Below, in pieces: positions 46,944 through 56,971 of a DNA stretch of 64,000 nt (positions are counted from its first letter, which is position 1; every line of letters starts with the position of its first letter). The stretch spans positions 62,350 through 126,349 of the forward strand of contig CAAGNP010000012.1 in assembly GCA_900771335.1 (NCBI GenBank), in the 5' to 3' direction. The translations under genes and the position numbers were made by a program. The notes beneath the pieces were generated by a model that saw nothing but the letters and a program-made list of their open reading frames with translations, made no database searches and had not been told where the DNA came from. Origin of the DNA: Rikenellaceae bacterium (GTDB lineage: Bacteria; Bacteroidota; Bacteroidia; Bacteroidales; UBA932).

Positions 46944-47417
46944 ATGAAGATAACACTCCTTACAGTCGGAAAAACCACTTTCCCTTTTGTTAAAGAAGGG
47001 TGCGACATCTTCATAAAGAGGATAAAACATTACACCACATTTGAATCGATAGAGATTCCTGAGCTGAAGAACACCTCTTCCCTTTCCAAGGAGCAGATCA
47101 AAGAGAGAGAGGGGGAATTGATTCTCAAGCACATCAAAAACACAGACAAAGTCATCTTGCTGGACGAGAGGGGCAAGAGCTTCTCCTCTATAGAGTGGTC
47201 CAGGGCAATAGAGAAAGAGACCACATCGGGGACCAGATCCCTAATCTTCATAGTGGGTGGAGCATATGGATTCTCCAAAGAGATTTACGATAGGGCTGAC
47301 TCCAAACTTTCTCTCTCCACCATGACTTTCTCTCACCAGATAATCAGACTGTTCTTTATCGAGCAGCTATATAGGGCATTTACCATAATTAAAGGGGAAC
47401 CGTATCACAATGAGTAA
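46944..47417 (+). CDS. rlmH: 23S rRNA (pseudouridine1915-N3)-methyltransferase RlmH
   Basis: 157-aa SPOUT protein (FIVGGAYGFS...LSLSTMTFSHQ). Confidence 0.9.
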   Translation: MKITLLTVGKTTFPFVKEGCDIFIKRIKHYTTFESIEIPELKNTSSLSKEQIKEREGELILKHIKNTDKVILLDERGKSFSSIEWSRAIEKETTSGTRSLIFIVGGAYGFSKEIYDRADSKLSLSTMTFSHQIIRLFFIEQLYRAFTIIKGEPYHNE

Positions 47418-50400
47418 AAGGTGGAACAACATATCAGCCTTCGTCAGGAAGAACCTCGCAGCCATACTTGGGGTTCTGTCACTTGTATTTTTCTTCCTTT
47501 CATTTATCCAGTACCACTATGAGACCCCTAAAGAAGAGGCTGAACAGCTGCAGAAGAGGCTGAACATAAGGATAGGGATAATGGACGATTATGCCAGAAA
47601 AGCCCTTGACACACCATCAGATGAATGGCCCGGCCTGTTCAACTTTCCCGATGACATGGTGCTGTACAAATATGTATCCGACACTATCCAGTCATGGGCA
47701 AACCTCTTCCCAATACACAATGACCTTGTAGACAAAGTACCTTCCCGCTACATTTTTCATGACCTTGCCAATACGAATCCGTTCAACACCAGGCTTCCAT
47801 ACCTCCACCCTGAGGCTCAATATGTAAACTTGGGCAACTGCTGGTATGTGGTAAAGACTTACAGTCGGGATGATTCCAAAGTTATAGCGGGCATATTCAT
47901 CAACTCCGAATACCTCTCCCAGAACAATATCCTCCAGAATGTTGTAAATGAGAAATTGAAGCTCGACGACCAGTATGAGGTCGTCCCTATAGGGAGGGAT
48001 GATTCCAATGTGGTATCCACCCGTGACGGCGAACCGCTATTCTCCATCATCCGCACTGTAAACACATACAACAGTTCACCTTACACTATGTTGAGATGGC
48101 TCTCCATCCTCTTCATAGGTTTTGCTTTGTTCTCCTACCACTTCAAGACCAGGACAAGCAAATCCCTCCTTATCACACTGTGTTCATTGCTGGCGTTGAG
48201 AATAGTAGCATTCACCATATCCAAACTGACCTTCCAGAACATAGAGTTTTTCACACCTCTGCTATATGCGGACGGTACCCTTTTCAACTCGTTGGGAGCC
48301 ATTATCATAAACCACATCTTCATGTTCCTGGACATTTTGGCCATATATATGATGAGGATATGGATTATCAAAAACATCAAACACTCTACAGAGATAGCCA
48401 GAAAAATAAAACTCTCCATTGTCACTCTGGCCCCCCTGTTCATCTTCTGCTACATCCATTTTACACTCAAGTCCCTGATCCTCAACTCCAGCATCGATCT
48501 TGAGCTGTACAACATCCAGGGTATAACCATCTATACGATAGTTTCGTTCTTCTCATATTCGCTCCTGTTTGCGGCCCTGCTTCTGTCCCTACAGTTTGTG
48601 GCCCTGGCATACGACATGAAACGGAACATATCGCTACTCTCCAACAGGGGTATTCTGGTCTACCTGATATTCATATCCATCTACAGTGTGGTATGCGTGG
48701 CAAATTATGGTTTTACCAAAGAGTACGAAAGGAACAGATCCATCACAAACAAACTGGCAATAGACAGGGATCTTGACCTGGAGCTCCACCTCAGGTCCAT
48801 GGAGAAGCTTATCCAGGAAGACCCCATCATCAATCTGGTCATATCTGTACCCAACAGCGGAGAACTTATCAAAAGCAGACTTGAAGAGCTCTACTTCTGG
48901 AGCATAATCAACAAATATGACATCCGTATCACGGTCTGCAAACCTCATGACCTGCTACAGATAGACAGCCACTCAAAACCTGTGGACTGCTTCACATTCT
49001 TCAGAAAAGAGATAGTGGAAAAATACGGTTTGCTCCTCGGTCCAAGGTCAAACTTCTACTCCCTGAACAATAACAACAGCTTCATCAACTACTTCGGGCA
49101 GTTCACATACATAAAGGACTTCAGTCTGTATAACCTTTACATCGAAATAGACTCCAAAAAGATCAATGAGTCATTCGGATATCCGAGTGACATGCTCGAT
49201 TCACGGGCACTGAGCAGACGCAGTCTGCCAAACATCTACTCGTACGCCAAATATTATGAAAACAAACTGGTGGCGTATGACGGCAAATACAACTATCCGC
49301 TGATAAATGAGAAGGAGTACAAAGAGAGGTATTCACACCACAGATCCAACGGATATGTACATTTCGTAAACAAAACATCTCCAGAGGGATTTGTAATAGT
49401 ATCCAGAAGGACACGCTCCCTGATCCCTTACCTGGTGACATTCTCATACCTCTTCATCTTCTATGCCGCTATAACTTTCTTCATGCTCCGGTTCAAGAGG
49501 GACAAAAAAAGGGAAAGCAGCAAGAAACCCTTCAAGTCATTCCGAAACAAGATTACCACACTGATCACATCTTCTTTGGTAGTGGCCATTGCCCTGGTAT
49601 GTACTGGAAGCATCATCTTCATTATAGAGGTATTTGATGAAAACAACATCTCCATCATGGAGGACAAACTCAACTCCATTCAGACCTCTGTGTCAGAATT
49701 GTGCAAATATGCCAACAATCCACAGGACATCGTGACCGTGGATATTGTATCTGAGCTCAAGGATATTGCACTCAACACCCAGATCGACATAAACCTTTAC
49801 AACCCTTCCGGCAAACTTATCACATCTACCAAGGATGAAGTTTTCAGCCAGTATCTGATCAGTACCCGTATCAATCCGAAGGCATACAAGGCACTTATTA
49901 TCAACAATGAGAAGCAATTGATAGAAAAAGAGACGATTGCCACATTGGAATACTTCTCTCTTTATGCACCTATTTTCAATATCAACGGCAAATTCATTGC
50001 CATATTGAATATCCCATATTTCCTGGACACTTCTCAGGTCAAGGAGGACGCCACCCCCATTATTGCCACCATAATAAACCTCTTCCTATTGCTGATACTG
50101 GCCTCACTTGCAGTGAGCAGCGTCCTGTCAAATTCCATTGCGAAGCCGGTAGTGATGATCAGTAAAAAGATGCAGGAGCTTGATATTACCCAGAAAGGGG
50201 AACATATATCGTATAGCGGAAATGATGAGCTTGGGGCACTTGTAAACGCATACAACAACATGGTGGATGACCTCGAAGAGAGTACGCGCAAACTTGCTGA
50301 AACCGAAAGGGAGCAGGCGTGGAAAGAGATGGCCAGACATATTGCCCACGAGATCAAGAACCCTCTGACCCCGATGCAGCTCACCATCCAGCACCTTGTA

Positions 50401-50982
50401 AGATTGAAGCAGCAGGATGTTCCAAATTGGGAAGAGAAATTCTATGCCGCATCATCTTCTCTTCTGGAACAGATAAATATTCTGTCGCAGACCGCCTCCG
50501 AATTCTCAAGCTTCGCCAAATTCTACAATGAGGACAGCAGGGTATTCGATTTGAAAGGGCTCATCCAGGACCAACTTATGTTTTTCGACAATAGGGACAA
50601 CATCCGCTTTGAGTTTGTAACCACAATCGGGCAGGCAGATGTCCTGGCAAAAAAAGACCAGATAACCAGGGTTCTTGTCAACCTGATAAGCAATGCCATT
50701 CAAGCACTGGAAGCTCTGGATGGCGGTATCATCAGAGTATCCCTCACCTCTACAGGGAGATCATACTCTGTTTCCATTGAGGACAATGGTGAAGGGGTAA
50801 AGGATGAGAACCTGTATAAATTATTCAAGCCCAACTTTACCACCAAAAGCAGCGGCACAGGATTGGGCTTGGCTATATGCAAAAGTATTATCGATCAGAG
50901 CAATGGTGAGATCTCTTACCGCAGGTCCAACCTTGGCGGTGCCAGTTTCTCATTCACACTCCCTATCTATCAGCAGGGATAG
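47410..50982 (+). CDS. Large multi-TM sensor histidine kinase (NtrY-like transmitter)
   Basis: 1190 aa with many TM helices in two blocks. H-box ARHIAHEIKNPLTPM, N-box LISNAIQA, and G-boxes DNGEGV and GTGLGLAI. Confidence 0.85.
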   Translation: MSKRWNNISAFVRKNLAAILGVLSLVFFFLSFIQYHYETPKEEAEQLQKRLNIRIGIMDDYARKALDTPSDEWPGLFNFPDDMVLYKYVSDTIQSWANLFPIHNDLVDKVPSRYIFHDLANTNPFNTRLPYLHPEAQYVNLGNCWYVVKTYSRDDSKVIAGIFINSEYLSQNNILQNVVNEKLKLDDQYEVVPIGRDDSNVVSTRDGEPLFSIIRTVNTYNSSPYTMLRWLSILFIGFALFSYHFKTRTSKSLLITLCSLLALRIVAFTISKLTFQNIEFFTPLLYADGTLFNSLGAIIINHIFMFLDILAIYMMRIWIIKNIKHSTEIARKIKLSIVTLAPLFIFCYIHFTLKSLILNSSIDLELYNIQGITIYTIVSFFSYSLLFAALLLSLQFVALAYDMKRNISLLSNRGILVYLIFISIYSVVCVANYGFTKEYERNRSITNKLAIDRDLDLELHLRSMEKLIQEDPIINLVISVPNSGELIKSRLEELYFWSIINKYDIRITVCKPHDLLQIDSHSKPVDCFTFFRKEIVEKYGLLLGPRSNFYSLNNNNSFINYFGQFTYIKDFSLYNLYIEIDSKKINESFGYPSDMLDSRALSRRSLPNIYSYAKYYENKLVAYDGKYNYPLINEKEYKERYSHHRSNGYVHFVNKTSPEGFVIVSRRTRSLIPYLVTFSYLFIFYAAITFFMLRFKRDKKRESSKKPFKSFRNKITTLITSSLVVAIALVCTGSIIFIIEVFDENNISIMEDKLNSIQTSVSELCKYANNPQDIVTVDIVSELKDIALNTQIDINLYNPSGKLITSTKDEVFSQYLISTRINPKAYKALIINNEKQLIEKETIATLEYFSLYAPIFNINGKFIAILNIPYFLDTSQVKEDATPIIATIINLFLLLILASLAVSSVLSNSIAKPVVMISKKMQELDITQKGEHISYSGNDELGALVNAYNNMVDDLEESTRKLAETEREQAWKEMARHIAHEIKNPLTPMQLTIQHLVRLKQQDVPNWEEKFYAASSSLLEQINILSQTASEFSSFAKFYNEDSRVFDLKGLIQDQLMFFDNRDNIRFEFVTTIGQADVLAKKDQITRVLVNLISNAIQALEALDGGIIRVSLTSTGRSYSVSIEDNGEGVKDENLYKLFKPNFTTKSSGTGLGLAICKSIIDQSNGEISYRRSNLGGASFSFTLPIYQQG

Positions 50983-52126
50983 CGTAAGTGATTACATCGT
51001 CTCTGGTGATGACACCATTCGAAAGAATAAGGAGACGCTCCACCACATTGCGGAGCTCTCTGATGTTTCCGCTCCAGCCATACTGCATCAGTTCCTCCAC
51101 AGCATCCTTCTCGATCTTCATCACAGGCTTGCCGTTCTCAGCAGATATCTGTTTGATGAAGTGGTTTACCAGTAATGGGATATCCTCCTTTCTATCAGCC
51201 AACGATGGCAGGTGGATTATGATGACGCTGAGCCTGTGGTAAAGGTCCTCACGGAAGGTCCCTTTGGCAATCTCCTCTTTAAGGTTTTTGTTGGTAGCAG
51301 CCACTACCCTTACATCCACCTCTATATCCTTGTCACTGCCCACTCTTGTGAGTTTGTGTTCCTGAAGGACCCTGAGGACTTTTGCCTGGGCAGCCAGACT
51401 CATGTCTCCTATCTCATCCAGGAACAGTGTCCCCCCATTGGCCTGCTCAAATTTCCCTTTGTGCTGCTTGATGGCTGAAGTAAATGCACCTTTTTCATGG
51501 CCGAAAAGCTCGCTCTCAATAAGTTCACTCGGGATAGCGGCGCAGTTGACCTCAATAAATGGTGCTGACACTCTATTGCTCAATTCGTGCAGCCATCTGG
51601 CCACCAGCTCCTTGCCTGTACCGTTTGAGCCGGTAATCAGTACTCTGGCATCGGTGGGCGCTACCCTCTCTATCATCCCCTTTACTTTAGTAATGGAGGC
51701 AGATTCTCCCACTATCTCCTGAACCTTGGAGATCTTTCTCTTCAAGGTTTTGGTCTCTTTTACAAGTTCTCTCTTGTCTGTGGCGTTCTTGAGGGTGATA
51801 AGGATTCTGTTCAGATCCAAAGGCTTCTGAATGAAGTCATAGGCCCCCTTCTTGATACAATCTACAGCTGTATCGATGTCCCCATGTCCGGACATCATGA
51901 TGATAGTGGATTCGCATCCACCCTGCACAAGCTTGTCCAGCAGCTCCTTCCCATCCATATTGGGCATCTTGATGTCACAGAAAATGGCATCGTACTGCGC
52001 AGCCTGAGCCTTCTCCACCCCCTCTGCACCATCTGATGCCAGGGTTATCTCATGTCCTTCAAATTCCAGAATCTCTTTGAGGGTATTCCTGATACTCCTC
52101 TCATCATCAACAACAAGTATTTTCAT
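50963..52126 (-). CDS. Sigma-54-dependent response regulator (REC + AAA+), no C-terminal HTH
   Basis: REC domain (ILVVDDE...DIKMP), Walker A GSNGTGKE, GAFTSA loop (variant of GAFTGA) and WSGNIRELRN. The protein ends about 20 aa after the AAA+ lid. Confidence 0.85.
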   Translation of the reverse strand: MKILVVDDERSIRNTLKEILEFEGHEITLASDGAEGVEKAQAAQYDAIFCDIKMPNMDGKELLDKLVQGGCESTIIMMSGHGDIDTAVDCIKKGAYDFIQKPLDLNRILITLKNATDKRELVKETKTLKRKISKVQEIVGESASITKVKGMIERVAPTDARVLITGSNGTGKELVARWLHELSNRVSAPFIEVNCAAIPSELIESELFGHEKGAFTSAIKQHKGKFEQANGGTLFLDEIGDMSLAAQAKVLRVLQEHKLTRVGSDKDIEVDVRVVAATNKNLKEEIAKGTFREDLYHRLSVIIIHLPSLADRKEDIPLLVNHFIKQISAENGKPVMKIEKDAVEELMQYGWSGNIRELRNVVERLLILSNGVITRDDVITYAIPADR

Positions 52127-52222
52127 ATCGGCAAATTTATACTACAAAGATAAGACAGAAAAACCAATCCACATACACTCTGCAAAATATAAGCCATATA
52201 TTGAAGATTGCTTTCATTTTTC

Positions 52223-52230
52223 TACCTTTG
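52223..52230 (+). promoter_or_regulatory. -7 box (TACCTTTG) abutting the cmk start codon
   Basis: TAnnTTTG ends 7 nt before the ATG at 52238. Confidence 0.4.
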
Positions 52231-52237
52231 TATCCAA

Positions 52238-52927
52238 ATGGATACACAAAAGATTATCATAGCTATTGATGGCTACTCTTCGACCGGGAAGAGTACTTTC
52301 GCCAAGCTTGTGGCGGCGAAGTTGGGTTATGTCTATATCGACACTGGAGCTCTGTATAGAGCAATGACCTTATGTGCCATCAAGAATGGCATTATCGACC
52401 ACGAGAACAATATCGACCACGATCTGCTACAGAGAACTCTCCCAAATACCGTTGTCGAATTCCGCCCTACAGGTGAGAATGGGAAAAGTGAGACATATCT
52501 CAATGGCGAGAATGTGGAGAAAGAGATTCGCGGACTGGAGATTGCGAATAAGGTGAGCCACATTGCAGCAGTACCTGCAGTAAGAAACTTTGTAGACTCC
52601 ATGCTCAGAGTCTATGGGGAGAAAAAAGGTGTGGTAATGGACGGACGCGACATCGGCACAGCTGTATTTCCCAATGCCGAGCTGAAAATCTTCATGACAG
52701 CCGACCCACAGATAAGAGCACAGAGAAGATATAATGAGATGGTGGCAAAGGGTGAAAATCCCAACATGGAAGAGGTCCTGAAAAATCTTCTTGAACGTGA
52801 TTACATAGACACCCATCGTGAGACTGCCCCCCTGACCCAGGCACCCGATGCTGTCCTTCTGGACAATAGCCATATGACCCTGGATGAGCAAATGGAGTGG
52901 GTTCTAAACATCCTCAGCAAGCTATGA
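52238..52927 (+). CDS. cmk: Cytidylate kinase
   Basis: P-loop IAIDGYSSTGKST. The start was set at ATG 52238. Confidence 0.9.
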   Translation: MDTQKIIIAIDGYSSTGKSTFAKLVAAKLGYVYIDTGALYRAMTLCAIKNGIIDHENNIDHDLLQRTLPNTVVEFRPTGENGKSETYLNGENVEKEIRGLEIANKVSHIAAVPAVRNFVDSMLRVYGEKKGVVMDGRDIGTAVFPNAELKIFMTADPQIRAQRRYNEMVAKGENPNMEEVLKNLLERDYIDTHRETAPLTQAPDAVLLDNSHMTLDEQMEWVLNILSKL

Positions 52928-53811
52928 GAGTAGAGATTGACCAACATTCAGGGTGTTGCAATGGTGTCCGCCGCGCCATTGAACAGGCCGAGCAGGTCCT
53001 GGCTCAAAACGGGGCACTCTATTCACTTGGAGCCATCGTCCACAACGAGACAGAGATGGACCGACTCCGCCACAAAGGGTTATCCACCATCGGCTACGAA
53101 GACCTGAAAAATCTTAAGGACACAGTGGTACTTTTCCGTGCACACGGAGAGCCTCCCGCTGTCTACAATATCGCCAAAGGGAACAACATTGAGATCATCG
53201 ACTGCACATGTCCGGTGGTGCTTCAGCTGCAGAAGAAAATTGCATCTACATATCTGGAAATATCTCCACTCGGAGGGCAGATAGTCATATTCGGGAAAAA
53301 AGGGCACGCAGAGGTCAATGGACTTGTAGGACAAGTGGATGGCAATGCCATCGTCGTGGAGAAGGTAGAAGATATCCTGCAAATGCTCTCAGAAGGGACC
53401 ATCGACCCCACAAGACCCATAGCCCTCTTCTCCCAGACCACCAAAGACCCTGACCAGTACACAAAACTCGGGGAACTGATCAGAGAGGCTGTCACCAATG
53501 CCTCCGGCAATGATTCCCAACTCTCCGTCTTCAACACCATCTGCCGTCAGGTCTCCTCACGCCATCCGAACCTCATCGAGTTTGCAAAGGGGCATACCGT
53601 CATCATCTTCGTCTGTGGAAAGGAGAGTTCCAACGGAAAGATCCTCTCCCAGCTCTGTGCAAGCGTGAACCCCCGCACTTACTCTGTGGAACACCACAAT
53701 GAGATAGACCCTCAATGGTTTAGCCCGGATGACTTCATAGGTATATGCGGTGCTACATCGACCCCTAAATGGCAGCTTGAAGAGGTGGCAAATTATCTTA
53801 AGAATTTATAG
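52924..53811 (+). CDS. ispH: 4-hydroxy-3-methylbut-2-enyl diphosphate reductase
   Basis: LytB pattern with the conserved Cys ligands (GCCNGV, DCTCP). ATGA overlap with cmk. Confidence 0.9.
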   Translation: MRVEIDQHSGCCNGVRRAIEQAEQVLAQNGALYSLGAIVHNETEMDRLRHKGLSTIGYEDLKNLKDTVVLFRAHGEPPAVYNIAKGNNIEIIDCTCPVVLQLQKKIASTYLEISPLGGQIVIFGKKGHAEVNGLVGQVDGNAIVVEKVEDILQMLSEGTIDPTRPIALFSQTTKDPDQYTKLGELIREAVTNASGNDSQLSVFNTICRQVSSRHPNLIEFAKGHTVIIFVCGKESSNGKILSQLCASVNPRTYSVEHHNEIDPQWFSPDDFIGICGATSTPKWQLEEVANYLKNL

Positions 53812-53829
53812 TGTTCTACAATTTTTGTA

Positions 53830-53837
53830 TATCTTTG
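53830..53837 (+). promoter_or_regulatory. -7 box (TATCTTTG) for efp
   Basis: TAnnTTTG 40 nt upstream of the ATG at 53877. Confidence 0.5.
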
Positions 53838-53876
53838 CGCCCAAATCGAAAATTAAATAAACAATAATTATATTTT

Positions 53877-54443
53877 ATGGCAACAACAGCTGATTTCAAA
53901 AACGGACTTTATTTCAAATATGACGGCAAACCAGTATCTATCATCTGGTTCCAACACGTAAAACCTGGTAAAGGTCCAGCTTTCGTTAAAACAAAACTTC
54001 GTAACCTTGAGAACGGTAAAATCCTTGACAGAACTTTCACTGCAGGTGAGAAAATCGAGCTTATCAACGTAGAGAGAAGACCTTACCAATACCTTTACAA
54101 AGATGATATGGGCTTCAACTTCATGCACAGTGAGACTTTCGAGCAAATCTCTCTACAAGAGGACCTTGTAGACAACGCTGACCTTATGAAAGAGGGTCAG
54201 TCAGTAGAGATGATGTTCCTTGCTGACGAAGAGAGATGTCTTACTTGCGAGCTTCCTAAATATGTAGAGATGGAAGTTACCTACACTGAGCCAGCTGTTA
54301 AAGGTGACACCGCTTCTACCAACGCACTTAAATCTTGTACCCTTGAGACAGGTGCTGAGATCATGGTTCCTCTATTCATCAACCAAGGTGACAGAATCAG
54401 AGTAAACACTGAAGATCGTTCATACGGTGAACGCGTTAGATAG
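53877..54443 (+). CDS. efp: Elongation factor P
   Basis: 188 aa with the KPGKGPAFVKTKLRNL loop region. Confidence 0.95.
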   Translation: MATTADFKNGLYFKYDGKPVSIIWFQHVKPGKGPAFVKTKLRNLENGKILDRTFTAGEKIELINVERRPYQYLYKDDMGFNFMHSETFEQISLQEDLVDNADLMKEGQSVEMMFLADEERCLTCELPKYVEMEVTYTEPAVKGDTASTNALKSCTLETGAEIMVPLFINQGDRIRVNTEDRSYGERVR

Positions 54444-54460
54444 TATCTAATCTCTATCAC

Positions 54461-55960
54461 ATGAGAAACATATTCATCATAATTGTAATGTCCATAATCG
54501 TATCCGGTTGTGGACATTCTTTGTCTAAAGCAGACCTAAGCGATGCCAATATTGAAAAAGTGATCGCTGCCGGAAATTTCACCGAAGCAGAGAAACTTAT
54601 CAAGATGAAAATCGCTACTGAAGAACTGACCCCTGCCCAAGTATGGGACCTCAACTTCAAAATCGAAGTTATGGATCGTATCCGCCAGGATTTCAGCAGA
54701 GACGACTCCACTGTATTTGCACAACTTCAGAAATACTACCCTGAGGTGACCCGTGAGCAGATGGCAAAATGGGAAGAGAAACTTATCCTTGAGTCTATGA
54801 CCATTGACGGAGAGAAGAGATATTTCAGAAACTCTGCCCGCAATGTATTCAGAATCGACGAAGAGGCTGAAGCTCTTTACAACAAGACCCACCCGTACTC
54901 ACCTGATCCACTTGACACATTTGTAGACGAATCTGTAACAAAAGTTCTCAAGAGCTCACGCAAAACCGGCAAAGCACTCGTAGAGCCAGAAAAACTCAAG
55001 ATCCGCTACTCTATCTCTGTCAAACCAGATGAGGTACCTGCAGGCGAAATGGTAAGGGTTTGGATGCCATATCTTCAAAACGAAGATATGTACAAAAACA
55101 TCAAACTTCTCGCTACATCACAGCCTGACTACATCATCGCTCCAGAAGGCCATGCTCACAGAAGCATCTATATGGAGAAGGTGGCTGAGGCCGGCAAACG
55201 TACAGAATTCTGGTATGAGATGTCATTCACTGCATACCACAAATTCAACGATTTTGAACCGGAGGATGTAAAACCTTACGACACTGAAAGTGAACTTTAC
55301 AAGACATTCACAGCCGAAAGAGCACCTCATATCGTATTCAGCGACAGAATCAAAAACATCACCGATTCTCTTGTAAAGGGTGAGACCAACCCTTACCTGA
55401 AATCTGTAAGAATCTTCGACTGGATTTGTGACCACTTCCCTTGGGCAAGTGCCAGAGAGTACTCAACTCTTGACAACATCCCTGAATATGTCATCACCAA
55501 TGACCACGGTGACTGCGGTCAGGTAGGTCTACTGTTCATCACCATGGCCAGATGCGCAGGTATCCCTGCCAAATGGGAGAGCGGATGGATGCTTCACCCT
55601 ATGGAGATCAACCTTCACGACTGGGTAAGAGTCTACTATGAAGGTATCGGCTGGGTAGGTGTTGACCCTTCATTCGGTAGAGTGATCCTTAAAGATGAGC
55701 TTGAGCACAATGCTCCTCGCGGCAGAGTCATCACCAGTGCTGACAAATCAAGACTTGACAGCGACTACTTCTACTTCTACACTCACGGTATGGATGCATG
55801 GAGATTTATCGTAAACACCGACTACTCACAGCCTCTATACCCTGCCAAAACATATCCACGAAGCGAGACCGTCGACTTCCAGAGAGGAGAAGTCGAGTGG
55901 AGAGGCGGAAACCTCTACTTCGGCCGCTGGAACTACGATATGGAACTTGAAGTTCTATAG
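54461..55960 (+). CDS. Transglutaminase-like cysteine protease-fold lipoprotein
   Basis: Lipobox VSGC and transglutaminase core DHGDCGQVGLLFITMARCAGIPAKW...HDW. Confidence 0.75.
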   Translation: MRNIFIIIVMSIIVSGCGHSLSKADLSDANIEKVIAAGNFTEAEKLIKMKIATEELTPAQVWDLNFKIEVMDRIRQDFSRDDSTVFAQLQKYYPEVTREQMAKWEEKLILESMTIDGEKRYFRNSARNVFRIDEEAEALYNKTHPYSPDPLDTFVDESVTKVLKSSRKTGKALVEPEKLKIRYSISVKPDEVPAGEMVRVWMPYLQNEDMYKNIKLLATSQPDYIIAPEGHAHRSIYMEKVAEAGKRTEFWYEMSFTAYHKFNDFEPEDVKPYDTESELYKTFTAERAPHIVFSDRIKNITDSLVKGETNPYLKSVRIFDWICDHFPWASAREYSTLDNIPEYVITNDHGDCGQVGLLFITMARCAGIPAKWESGWMLHPMEINLHDWVRVYYEGIGWVGVDPSFGRVILKDELEHNAPRGRVITSADKSRLDSDYFYFYTHGMDAWRFIVNTDYSQPLYPAKTYPRSETVDFQRGEVEWRGGNLYFGRWNYDMELEVL

Positions 55961-55986
55961 TCACACGCGACATACTATTGCCCACA

Positions 55987-56017
55987 AAAGCCTCCGACTC
56001 CCCGGAGGCTTTTTTTT
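55987..56017 (+). terminator. Rho-independent terminator
   Basis: Stem AAAGCCTCCG/CGGAGGCTTT with a 6-nt loop, followed by a T-run. Confidence 0.8.
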
Positions 56018-56347
56018 GCCCCCTCATCTTCACCCCGAACAACACGCCCCTTCACCCTGAACAACACCCTCCCTGTAACGACTCGCACATTGCGTCAGCA
56101 ACTAACTGATATTCAACTACTTCCCATACCTGAGGGTGGGTAAAATCACCCACCCTCGCACCCAGGATATTGCTGAGTATCAACGAGTTACTGACGCAAA
56201 AATCGGACTGACAGTATGCAGACTGACAGGCAACCAGAAGAGAATGATCAGAAGAGAATGACCAGAAGAGAACAGCCCGCAAACAGGATTTGCAGGAATA
56301 TGGGTATGCCGGGTGAACAGGTGTGACACCTAGCCACCACCGTGAAT

Positions 56348-56968
56348 TTACAGTTTGTGGATGACGTTGATTCCGTCGCGGATAGGGATAATCACATTAT
56401 CTACGCGGGTATCCTCCTGCACCATCTTATTGAAGGCTATGATGGACTGCGTCTGTGCATCCTTTGGGGGATTGTCAAGTAGAACCTTGCCACTCCACAG
56501 AACATTGTCGGCAAGGATGTAGCCACCCTGACGGACTTTATCGAAAACAAGATCGTAATACTGGATATACTCCCTTTTGTTGGCATCGATATATACGATG
56601 TCATACATCTTGTAGAGGGTGGGGATTATCTTTTTGGCATCGCCTATATGAAGATGGGCTATATCTTCCCTCCCGGGGACATCAATAAGGCCGGCCCTTC
56701 TGAAACCACCTCTGATGATATCCTCCAACTCATCGTAGACCTCTATGGTATCGACAGATCCACCCTCCTGAAGCCCCCTCGAAAGACAGATGGTAGAGTA
56801 CCCGGTAAAGGCTCCTAGCTCCAGGATATTGGTCGGGCGCACCATCAGTGAGAATGCCTGAAGGAGCCTCCCCTGCTCACCGTTGGAGAGCATTCTTGCC
56901 TGTTTGGTACAGAGATTGGTCTGTCTCTCCACCCACTCCAGTGCTTTATTGAGAAGTTGAGCATCCAT
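56348..56968 (-). CDS. Class I SAM-dependent O-methyltransferase (caffeoyl-CoA OMT-like)
   Basis: Motif I ILELGAFTGYS and the DANKREY metal/substrate block. Confidence 0.85.
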   Translation of the reverse strand: MDAQLLNKALEWVERQTNLCTKQARMLSNGEQGRLLQAFSLMVRPTNILELGAFTGYSTICLSRGLQEGGSVDTIEVYDELEDIIRGGFRRAGLIDVPGREDIAHLHIGDAKKIIPTLYKMYDIVYIDANKREYIQYYDLVFDKVRQGGYILADNVLWSGKVLLDNPPKDAQTQSIIAFNKMVQEDTRVDNVIIPIRDGINVIHKL

Positions 56969-56971
56969 ATT

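Noticed and set aside
56052-56282. 76-aa minus-strand ORF and 37-aa plus-strand ORF (56216-56329) in the repeat-dense spacer
   Set aside because: Their reading frames are dictated by short tandem repeats. They have no promoter box or conserved motif, and a non-coding origin is more likely.
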